Shown here piece by piece: positions 29,225 to 39,000 of a stretch of 64,000 bases of DNA. Within the stretch, counting starts at the first letter, position 1. The number at the start of each line of letters is the position of its first letter. The notes below the pieces were generated by a model. The model did no database searches. It was not told where the DNA came from and was given only the letters and a program-made list of their open reading frames with translations. Source of the DNA: a virus; the IMG/VR virus record IMGVR_UViG_3300034200_001185, positions 69,534 to 133,533 of that record; one strand, 5' to 3'. The translations under genes were made by a program, and so were the position numbers.

Positions 29225-29667
29225 TTTATGTTCCAACCTGTTCCGTCGCTATCAATTACTAAGGTAGCGTACTGAGACGAGATGTCTATTTGCGTGACGC
29301 CGTCTATATATTGCTGACTTGGCGAAGTCGCAGCAACTACGGATACTAAAGCAGTCCCTCTACGCTTAATTTCAATTCTTAGATTAGCGTTGTCGCCAGC
29401 AGCCGATGGTAAATTTATGCTTACTGCGGATGACCCATTATCGATTAGATACTTAAGAGTAGTGACGGTAGTAGCGGGCGTACTGATTGTGTACGGAAAG
29501 CCTGTGTTAATTACGGTGTTTGTAATTCTGCCTTCCGCCGATCCTCCGCCACCGCTTATAGTTTGGTTTTCCCACTTACTTGTCGACGTATTGTATGCAA
29601 GCGCTTGTCCATTTGACGGGCTTGTTAAACTGATTTCTTTAATTTGCGATAGCTTTAATCTGCTCAT
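29221..29667 (-). CDS. fibre-associated protein with a gp10-C-terminal-like beta domain
   Basis: NGQALAYNTSTSKWEN N-term; INLPSA...IEIKR...YIDG...QYATLVIDSDGTGWNI C-term. Confidence 0.6.
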   Translation of the reverse strand: MSRLKLSQIKEISLTSPSNGQALAYNTSTSKWENQTISGGGGSAEGRITNTVINTGFPYTISTPATTVTTLKYLIDNGSSAVSINLPSAAGDNANLRIEIKRRGTALVSVVAATSPSQQYIDGVTQIDISSQYATLVIDSDGTGWNIK

Positions 29668-29774
29668 GATCGATCCTTTGATTTCATATTTCGTATAAAT
29701 TATACTACCATGTTTAACAAATAATAGACGGCTAAACTAGAAATAAGTAGATCGTAGCTATTCAATCGTATATT

Positions 29775-29796
29775 TGTTATATTGTACAATATAACA
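29775..29796. promoter_or_regulatory. perfect 22-bp palindrome in a divergent intergenic region
   Basis: TGTTATATTGTACAATATAACA, checked base by base. Confidence 0.7.
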
Positions 29797-29808
29797 TAGG
29801 AGCTTATA

Positions 29809-31593
29809 ATGACAAATCCAATTAACGTAGTACCCAAAACAGACAACGACGGATCAAGATTAGGGCGTGAAACACGCAGATGGGCGGAAGGGCATATCAT
29901 CGATATTAAATCGAGCGTGCTTAGGTTACTAAATAAGGCGCTTGCACCAAGTGACACAACAAACGCAATTTACGTTCTGAACAATCAGTTGTATTTTGGA
30001 AACTCTGTTATCAGCGGTGTATCCGAAGAATACATACAGAGTCTTATCGATGATGCGCTTGCTACTATCGATTTCGTAGATCAAGCCGAAGCTGAGCAGA
30101 TTGCGACTACAATCGCAACAAACATCGTAAACACTGCGATTAATAACTTATCTATTCCATCCAATCTATCCGACCTAAACGATGTAAATGCTTCGGGCAT
30201 ACAAACTGGTGATGTGGTTACTTGGAACGGAACTCAATTTGTAATGCAAGCGCCTAATGATGTTGTGAATAATACGCTTTTGCTATCTGACGGCAGTAAT
30301 AACGATACTTTAGACTTAGCAAACTCAGACGTACTTACTATACAAGGTACAAGTAACGAGGTAACCGTACAATTATCTACAAGCGTTGGTGGACAAGCAT
30401 ATACCATTTCGTTACCAGAAAGCATAAATGCGAAGTCATCGTCATCTCTGCAAGCTGATAAGCTTACAACGGCTAGAACATTATCATTATCTACTGACGC
30501 ATCTGGATCAGTGTCGTTTGACGGATCAGCTGATGTGTCTTTGTCCGTAGGTAGTGTAAAAGCAACACAATTAAAGACAGCAAGAACAATCACGCTTAGC
30601 GGTAATTGCAGTGGAAGTATTTCGTTTGACGGCACCACAGATGTTACAATACCAACAACCGTTAGTTTATCTACCCAAGCCAATACGCTATCTACAGCTC
30701 GTACAATTACAATATCCGGTGATGCAGTAAATCAAGGTGCAGCGCCTAGCTTTAATGGCAGTGCAAATGTTAATATTCCGATCACCGTAAGTAAGGCGGA
30801 TCAATTAAGAACAGCGCGAAAGATAACATTATCAGGAGACGCAGTCGGTGCTGTTAATTTTAACGGATCCGCTGACGTAATTTTATCGGCAACGGTTACA
30901 AACTCGTCTACTGCAAATCAATTAGCGACAACAAAAACTATCTCGCTAACAGGGCCCGTAACAGGTAGTGTAAATACAACCTTTTCGACAAATCCTTCGA
31001 TTGCTACAACAGTACCAGCAAACGCTTTCAAGACAATTCTAACAACCAAGGTAACTACCTTGTTATATCGAGTTAAAGATCCTAGTAGCCCATATTTGCC
31101 TGCGTCTACTAATGTATTTGATACATCCTTATCTGCGTTACTAGCCGAACCTGTAGCGGTATTCTATACACAAACAGGTAGTTTTAGCTCAGGGCATAGA
31201 ATTGTAGGCGCTTACTTGTATTTCCAAGATGGTGGTGTGCCGGGCGTAAGTTCAAATGGCGTATCACGAGCTATTTACGAAGATTATCGATTCACTTTAA
31301 AGTCAGGTACGATTGCGTCATCTGGCAAGATTACTTGGGTCAGCACGGTAGCTACTGGTTATATGTTACGCAGTATTCCTACAGCAGATGTATATGATGG
31401 CGATAGAACAGACGTATCAGCCGCACTGACACCGCCAACAGGTTCTACAACTATAAATAGCGGGTCAGCACTTGGGTTATTCTTTGATAAGATCACAATT
31501 AACCGCGCCGGATTTGACGCAATAAACAACTTAAATCCATGCGCATACGGATGTACAATCAACGTAGTACTCGAAAACCTACCACTAGTTTAA
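29809..31593 (+). CDS. tail fibre protein with ~5 tandem 'LxTARTITLSGD..GS.SFDGSADV' repeats
   Basis: Repeats visible in the translation, about residues 220-400; AGGAG RBS. Confidence 0.8.
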   Translation: MTNPINVVPKTDNDGSRLGRETRRWAEGHIIDIKSSVLRLLNKALAPSDTTNAIYVLNNQLYFGNSVISGVSEEYIQSLIDDALATIDFVDQAEAEQIATTIATNIVNTAINNLSIPSNLSDLNDVNASGIQTGDVVTWNGTQFVMQAPNDVVNNTLLLSDGSNNDTLDLANSDVLTIQGTSNEVTVQLSTSVGGQAYTISLPESINAKSSSSLQADKLTTARTLSLSTDASGSVSFDGSADVSLSVGSVKATQLKTARTITLSGNCSGSISFDGTTDVTIPTTVSLSTQANTLSTARTITISGDAVNQGAAPSFNGSANVNIPITVSKADQLRTARKITLSGDAVGAVNFNGSADVILSATVTNSSTANQLATTKTISLTGPVTGSVNTTFSTNPSIATTVPANAFKTILTTKVTTLLYRVKDPSSPYLPASTNVFDTSLSALLAEPVAVFYTQTGSFSSGHRIVGAYLYFQDGGVPGVSSNGVSRAIYEDYRFTLKSGTIASSGKITWVSTVATGYMLRSIPTADVYDGDRTDVSAALTPPTGSTTINSGSALGLFFDKITINRAGFDAINNLNPCAYGCTINVVLENLPLV

Positions 31594-31603
31594 GGAATAA
31601 ATT

Positions 31604-34600
31604 ATGGCATACATAGGCGACTCATGTCTTAGAATTGGCGACATAAATTGGTATATCGGCGATGAAGAGTCGTTTATTCCAAACGCAAGCATATACCCAG
31701 AAGTAGCACAGGTAGCCGTTAATTCGTACCTAAGGCTAGATGCTAGTTCGTCTTACACAGACGATGAATTAGATACGATTGATTATGTATGGGAGCTTAC
31801 AGCGTCTCCACATGATTCAGCCGTAGGTATAACCACGAGTATAGTAGTTTCTAACGAAGGAACTACCGCACAAGTCCTATTTGATAAAGTAGGTGCGTAT
31901 AGAATAAAATTAACCGTAAAGGGTGCAAGCGGTGGATGTAGTCAGCCGGCTTATTGCGATGTAGTCGCAGTACCCTTTATTGCGTCACACTCCGACCAAG
32001 TATCGTTTGATACTTCGTGGATATGGCAACTACTTCCTTCGTTTTGGGGAAGACTTGAAAACGTAGACAGAAAACGTATTGAAACCTTTTGGCGAGGCAC
32101 ACACCAAGTAATTGCGTCTGATATTTTAGAAGCATATAACGTAGAGCAGAATCAATCGATTGCTACGATTCAAAAAAACATTATTAAAAAATGGAAAGCT
32201 CTCGAATTAAAGTATGAACCTAACGACGCTTTATTGTTCATAGCGCCAAATAAAGAGTTTCCAATCGTAGATGAAAGCGTTGTAGTAGAATCAGGATTTG
32301 TAAAATCGTTTCGCTTAACAAATTACGAAAATACACGCACTTACGAAGAGTCACGAGGAAATAGCTACAACGTATCAAGTACTTTAATATCCGATACAGA
32401 GTTTATTACGAATGAATTTATACCCAACTTTTCGGTAGGATCTGATGTTGTAATTACGGCGTATAGACAAAATCTAGCCGTAATTACGTTTAATAACAAG
32501 ATTGTATCCGTAGATACATTAGGATCATCGAATTTAATTACCTTATCTAATCGTTTACCTTTAGAGCAGAATGATTTACCGCTACCAACATCAATCAGCG
32601 TAGAGGTTATGCCTCCTAGATACGCAGATGCGTTTATTGTGTATACCGAAAAATCTAATTACGCTTGTAAGTTTCTCCAAAGATCGAATAAGTTCGAATT
32701 AGTAAATAAACTACCAAATCAAGGTAATGCGCAGAAAGTTAAGACACTTTCACTTATTAAATCACAAGACTTAGAAAAGCAAGGCGTAAGTGCTGGCGAT
32801 ATTGGGTACATTACCATATCGGACATAAATCGTAGTTATACTGCAGACGTAAAGATAAACATACTTGGCGTAGATGACGATTTTGTACTATTCGATCTGA
32901 GCAGATCATTATACGAAGAATTAGATTCCATTACTCAAATCTTTGAGAGCGAAATTTACTCTACAGAATTGGTAAATGAGATATATCAAGCGATTACATC
33001 CGAGTCATTTATTCGAAAGTATTGCTATCAACCGATCACAAAAGGAAATACGGTTGTAGTAACAGTCGGCGGTGGCAGTAGAGAATATAGTATATCGCTT
33101 AAAAAAATCATTCGTACAAAGAGAGTACCAATAGATTCGGACATTGTTTCAATACCAAAGATTACAGAATTTATCGAAAAGACACACTTTGACGGTACAA
33201 ATCTATTAACCGATTTTAGCTCTAAGCAGCAACGCAAGCCATTCGATTTAATTCAAAACTTACACTACTACATAGAGCCAGAACAAATAAAGGGCGGTGG
33301 TATACGTAGATCCGCCTTATCGAATAATGTGCTGATTTGTTCTACATTTAACTTTGCGCAAGCAAACATACAAGCTGGCGATACCTTGTACATTAAATCC
33401 GGAGAGGCGGAAGGGTACTATACAATCATCGGCGTCAGTGCGATATCGATTCAAATAGATAAGGACGTACCACACTTTCGAAAGGCTGACTTTGTAATTA
33501 CTCGTTTATCAAAGAGGCAGAATAAATTCGTCATATTCCATAATTCTCTTCAGCTTAAAGACACAATTATTGATCGATTATGGGCAGAATCATCAATCGT
33601 AGATAATCGAGATACTATAGAGCTTAATTTCGGATCCTTACTAAAGTTTAAATATGATGATTGGTTCTCGCGTGGTTTAAGTACATCTTATTACAGTGCC
33701 GTTTTAGGCTTACTCCTCGCTAGAATGTCTTCACCTAGCATACGTAATATAGAACTAGCGACATCAATCATCGCTGGCGTACCTTTTACAGATAAAAGAT
33801 CACGCGTTATTGATATCGTAGAAGATTACGAAGTAGATACAGTTACAGGAACTCCGATTGAATCTATGATGTTACTTGAAGAACTAGACGAGAATGACGA
33901 GCCTACAGGATTATTCAGATCGTTTAAATTACCTTCAATAAACAACATTCGAGACTTTAGTACGACGGGTATAGGCATAAACAACCTTACAGGCGATAGA
34001 TACAAGGTAGATGATATCGTAGAACAGTACGCAGTTTTAGGACTAGGCGTCTATGTAGCCGATTTATATAAGGATGTTTCGATCAATCAACTTAAAGACG
34101 TAGCCGATAGACATAAGTTTAAGGTTAAAATAAACGTAGATTCCGTAGATTCGACAAGCAACGCCTACAAGTTTATCAGCGATTTTATATTTGAAATAAA
34201 ACCATCTTATACACAGTTTATTGTTACGCTATTAAAGTTTTTAACAGACGAGATTAAGATTGACGATGACGTATTCTTCAATCTGAAAAAGATGATATTC
34301 GATAATCCATACTTACAAAGAAACACAGCGCAAGTATTTAACTTTATCAAATCGAGATATCAGTTTAACGATGAGCCTTCGTTTATCGAGCTGAATCACA
34401 AGTATGACAGTAATGCGTCAGTTACGCCAATAAACAATTCGTTTAGTACCTTACACTCACTTGATACTAACTTTAATAACGTACATTCCATGTATAAAAT
34501 ACGAACATCTAGCTCTGAAAATCCGGACTTGCTTGTATTTAGAACTAACATAGGCGCATACAATCGCTTTTACCCAATTCACTCGATACTTGACAATCAC

Positions 34601-35476
34601 ACAATCAAGATAAACGCTAAGATCGATATTCCATCTGCGTCATTTAGCATACTTAGACCCATTCGTAATAAGATGTTTAGCGGTATCGTTGAATTGGACG
34701 CTACAAAGGAAGGATTTCCGCTCTCAGACATAGATTGCGAAATTGTACAAGGCGATTACGTAATGTTAATTGATGAAGGCTACGCGCCTAGACAGATTAC
34801 AGGCATAAATGCTGGATATGTACAAACAAATCCGCCTATGAATTTTGGCGGAACTAAGAATACTCGTATACAAAGAGTATCGCTTGATACAAAAGTACAA
34901 TACGAAGGAGAGGTTGTAGCCGTTGGAAGTTACTGCGAGTTAGACTTACTAAACGCATATACAGCCGGCATACAACCCGGAGATATTCTAGTAGGTGGAG
35001 ATCATTCGTCAAGGATTGTATGTGTATCTACAAACAATAAGGTATGGGCATGGCCACGAGTGCCTTCAGGCTCTTATCGTATTGTTAGAGAACTAGAATC
35101 AAATTCGGATGAAGAGTTTCAAGACGCAGTAGACGAATTCCAAAAGGCATATATGGATACGTCATTTCTATGCTTACGAAAGAAGGATGGAGAGTCATTT
35201 GTGGAAACCTTTGAAAACGGGCAATTTACACACGAATTTGAGTTATATCCAGGCGACATCATTCAAGTATACGGAAGTAATGAAGATGTAGGAGAAGGCA
35301 TAGGCGTATATAGAGTTATCGATAAAAACCACAACGACAAATATAGGGTATGTTTTGATGACTTAAATGGTTTATTATCGTATATAGTAATTCGTCAAGC
35401 ACCGTTAAGAAGATTGTATATCGACCAAAACGGCCTTACGAACACAGTCCCCAACTTTTTTGGAATCGGTGATTAG
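31604..35476 (+). CDS. large baseplate wedge subunit (N-terminal PKD-like domain, then gpI/gp7-like region)
   Basis: LRLDASSSY...YVWEL...LFDKVGAYRIKLTV (PKD) and WQLLPSFW motif; 1290 aa. Confidence 0.6.
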   Translation: MAYIGDSCLRIGDINWYIGDEESFIPNASIYPEVAQVAVNSYLRLDASSSYTDDELDTIDYVWELTASPHDSAVGITTSIVVSNEGTTAQVLFDKVGAYRIKLTVKGASGGCSQPAYCDVVAVPFIASHSDQVSFDTSWIWQLLPSFWGRLENVDRKRIETFWRGTHQVIASDILEAYNVEQNQSIATIQKNIIKKWKALELKYEPNDALLFIAPNKEFPIVDESVVVESGFVKSFRLTNYENTRTYEESRGNSYNVSSTLISDTEFITNEFIPNFSVGSDVVITAYRQNLAVITFNNKIVSVDTLGSSNLITLSNRLPLEQNDLPLPTSISVEVMPPRYADAFIVYTEKSNYACKFLQRSNKFELVNKLPNQGNAQKVKTLSLIKSQDLEKQGVSAGDIGYITISDINRSYTADVKINILGVDDDFVLFDLSRSLYEELDSITQIFESEIYSTELVNEIYQAITSESFIRKYCYQPITKGNTVVVTVGGGSREYSISLKKIIRTKRVPIDSDIVSIPKITEFIEKTHFDGTNLLTDFSSKQQRKPFDLIQNLHYYIEPEQIKGGGIRRSALSNNVLICSTFNFAQANIQAGDTLYIKSGEAEGYYTIIGVSAISIQIDKDVPHFRKADFVITRLSKRQNKFVIFHNSLQLKDTIIDRLWAESSIVDNRDTIELNFGSLLKFKYDDWFSRGLSTSYYSAVLGLLLARMSSPSIRNIELATSIIAGVPFTDKRSRVIDIVEDYEVDTVTGTPIESMMLLEELDENDEPTGLFRSFKLPSINNIRDFSTTGIGINNLTGDRYKVDDIVEQYAVLGLGVYVADLYKDVSINQLKDVADRHKFKVKINVDSVDSTSNAYKFISDFIFEIKPSYTQFIVTLLKFLTDEIKIDDDVFFNLKKMIFDNPYLQRNTAQVFNFIKSRYQFNDEPSFIELNHKYDSNASVTPINNSFSTLHSLDTNFNNVHSMYKIRTSSSENPDLLVFRTNIGAYNRFYPIHSILDNHTIKINAKIDIPSASFSILRPIRNKMFSGIVELDATKEGFPLSDIDCEIVQGDYVMLIDEGYAPRQITGINAGYVQTNPPMNFGGTKNTRIQRVSLDTKVQYEGEVVAVGSYCELDLLNAYTAGIQPGDILVGGDHSSRIVCVSTNNKVWAWPRVPSGSYRIVRELESNSDEEFQDAVDEFQKAYMDTSFLCLRKKDGESFVETFENGQFTHEFELYPGDIIQVYGSNEDVGEGIGVYRVIDKNHNDKYRVCFDDLNGLLSYIVIRQAPLRRLYIDQNGLTNTVPNFFGIGD

Positions 35477-36037
35477 ATGAGATCAGACGTTAAAGAAATT
35501 TGTAATGTATATGTAATAGCACGAGATGGCGGAAAGGTTGTACAAGAATCAGTCGGCCATAATGTTTGGACAAACACGGGTAGAGAATATTCGTGTATGA
35601 TGAAGACAATCGGCACAGACGGTCAACCAATGCGTAATGATCGTATTGCTTACATCGGTTTAGGTACCGGTAGTCAAGTTGAGGCAGTTAGCGTAACTAA
35701 ACTCGTTACTCCGGTTGCCTTTTCATCCAACGGAGATTGGTTAAAAGAAATCGACCACAGAAAAACACAATTTGTACAAGGCGACCTTAAAACATCCGTA
35801 AGATACAGCGCGTTGTTTAAGTCCGAAGATATTAATACAGGCAATGACCAGCTTGTAAATATACGTGAGTGTGGCTTGTTTACCAACGGGTCTGCAAACG
35901 CACCTTTCACAGTCGGTGCTAGAAATGTTAAGATAATAGGCGCATCTGTGCAATCTCCGGTTGCATACCACGCATTCGATCCTATTCCAAAGACACCTTC
36001 GTTAGAAATCGAAGTAATATGGGAGCTTAGACATTAA
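35477..36037 (+). CDS. tail-fibre attachment/collar domain protein (P2 gpH N-terminal-like)
   Basis: NVWTNTGREY...YIGLGTG...IRECGLF...FDPIPKT...IEVIWEL. Confidence 0.6.
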   Translation: MRSDVKEICNVYVIARDGGKVVQESVGHNVWTNTGREYSCMMKTIGTDGQPMRNDRIAYIGLGTGSQVEAVSVTKLVTPVAFSSNGDWLKEIDHRKTQFVQGDLKTSVRYSALFKSEDINTGNDQLVNIRECGLFTNGSANAPFTVGARNVKIIGASVQSPVAYHAFDPIPKTPSLEIEVIWELRH

Positions 36038-36038
36038 T

Positions 36039-39000
36039 ATGAAAGATCAGTACGTTAGAAGAGGTTTGCTACAAGGAAATACAACAATACAAACAGACGG
36101 AGTACCTACTCTAACAGGGCAAGTACTATTTTCGTATGTAAATGGCGAACTCATATGCGAGAATCTGCTTAACGGTAAAAACAGCGCACAGATGATTATT
36201 TACGTAGACATACTTGGCGAAGAGCGATGGGATATTATATCCTTTACATCGAATACAGCCGAGCATGTACTATCTATGATTAACGCTATTACATACGTAG
36301 ATAATGAAGTTGATCCGGCTACTACTAAACCCGTATATCACGCTACGATTATAAATAGTTGCCTTGTGATTAGCGCACCAAACAGCACTTACATGAGAAT
36401 TGAAGGCGTTATCAACTCTAGCGTAGCAAATGCGTCTTATGGATTTGGCTTTTCATCCGTTCCTGATCCTAGAGGTATTTCCGTATCAGGCGAGTTGTCG
36501 TCTTCTCCGTCAAGAAATGACGCACCTTCTCATAATAAGGTTAGTTATATTTCTAAGTACGAAGATCGCACAAGTGAGTCAATTAATAGAGCAGTTGATA
36601 GCGTAGCGCTAAACGTAGAAGATATTTACTTAAACGATTCTGAAACTAGACCTAAAATCGCGTCTATGAGTATGTCCTACAAAACCTACTCGCAAATAAA
36701 CGAATATAAGAACGACAGTACCCCAAAAGCATTCTACGTACGTGCACCAGATTCAGCGCAGTATACAGCAGCAGTAGCTACAGGTAGCCACTCGATTTAT
36801 ACACCGCTAGAATTAACTGCGTCATATCCAACATTCCGAGATGCTTACCAAGCAACATACGCTACATCCGTATTACCCATAAAGTACTCAATCACAGACG
36901 ATAGCAATAACGAATCAATAAAAGTGGATAGAATACCAGGCGTAAGTAACGGAGGACTTACAGGTATTCAGTCAACATTCGGAGATTCGGTATATATCAA
37001 TCCATCGAACAGAAGAATATGCATCGGCGACCAAGTTCAGATCGGAAATACTTTAACCGCAAACAGTTACCTACAAGACGTAACTCAACAATACGGTAAA
37101 GTAGAAAGAGCAGGCGTATTTAAAGGATCTAATTTGTTTAAGTACTCAGGCGAATTTAATGTTATCGATCAAATAACAATTCGATTAACCAAGGATTTAC
37201 CGCCTATACTTAGACAACCCGGATTTATTATTGCTTTAACAAGCGAAAAGTTTTGCTTTGGATATAGAATCACAGCCGTAGTAGACTACGATAAGCTTAT
37301 CGTAGAGCCATTACAAGACATCGAGTATAGACTTGGCGCAACAATTTTGCGTAAGGATAACTCACATACACTCTTGATTGGCGCAAGCGGGTCATTCGAT
37401 TTATTTTTAGGCGATAGCTTACCAATCGGAACATCACTCGTACTGCCATTAAACGGCTCAATACTAACCATCGATCCACAAATATCGTATTTAAGATCGC
37501 TAGTTACTAGTAATAATCGTAGTCTTATTCGTAAATCTCAGCGTTCAGATCAAGACTTATTCGGCGTGATCACTGAATTACTCGATAAAGTAAAGAGTAT
37601 GAACTCTCCGCAGTTAAATAACGTAGTAGACTCTTTGCACGCCTTGATGAACTCATCTAGCTGTAGTAGAAGCGCTGCGTTTAGAATGCCTAACACGCCA
37701 TATGCGCTAAGGCTTTCCGATACATACTCGGACTCCGTATTCGGTCCAAGGCTTAACTCAGGCGGAATAAGTACTATATCCGGATCATCCGAAGACATAG
37801 AAAAGCTAATCATCGTAATTGCGCGACAAGGCTTAACATCTTCGGATATATCTAGCATTTCTAACGAGATATACTCTCCGGCTATAAAAAGTAAGTACCT
37901 ACAAATCGCATATTACTTAACATTATCCGATATGCTAGATGCGAATACTGAAGTTACAACTGTGTATGGAATTAAAACTATAGAACAGCTTGCACAAGAA
38001 TTTAGCGGAACAGTAAACGAAGATAATCCGTTAGCTAGATTTATAAATCTACTCGTACTCTCTTGTGCCCCATTCAGTGTTCCATATAACTCGTCAACTG
38101 TAGTAACATCTGACGGTATTATAAACGTATATCCAAGTACGAATTTTAGAGTACAAGACTTGGGAAGAGACTTCGAGCTTAAATCGTCAACAGATACTTT
38201 TATCGTAAGAATGGTAGAGTTTTATACTACAAGCTCGTGTAGATTTATCGACTTAGAAACAGGGCTAAATATAAAGGACGGTACTTATACAAGTATCAGC
38301 GGACTTTTCGGAATACCTCAGCAGCAAGCGATTAACCATGTTTATTTAAACAATGGGGATAAGTGCGTTAAAGAGATAGTAATCTCGAATAACGAAAACG
38401 GCACATCATCCGCAGAACTAACTAAGTTATACGATTTAAACGTGCTTAGTAAATTTGGAATCGGTTTATTTACAAACTCAAGTAAGACATCGTTATACAT
38501 GTCATTTCCTTACGAAGAGTTCTTTACAAACTCGCAGATTAGAGCCGGACTTATATACAGCCTTCCAGTATTCGATGTATTTAGATTAACAGGCGTACAC
38601 AACTTAACGCCTCAATTCACAAAGGTTGGTATCGATTACATACCAGCATACAATCACTCGTCTAGATCCGTGGTTTATATTACGCTCATACTAAACAAGG
38701 TAAATTACAGCGGTTTTTATGAAGTAAAGCGTTGTATTCCCAATATACTTGCGTCAACTATCATCTTTGAGATCGAGGCTATAACCGGTCAAGCTGGGTA
38801 TGCTCGAACAATGTCGAACTTAATTAACGATGTAGCGCAGATTACTTTCTTAGATACAGCGCCTTTATTTGTTGTCACAGACGAAGCCTTGGAAGATATA
38901 ACACCTTGCCCATCTTGTACGTTATATGAAATGACTGAATTTAATTCGTATAAAAAGGTATCTGACTTTAATGCATCGATTGTACAACAAAATTACGTAG

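Noticed and set aside
27723-29800. Invertible (Mu G-segment-like) fibre cassette
   Set aside because: No inverted repeats at the ends (the left junction is two abutting stop codons) and no invertase or recombinase in the window
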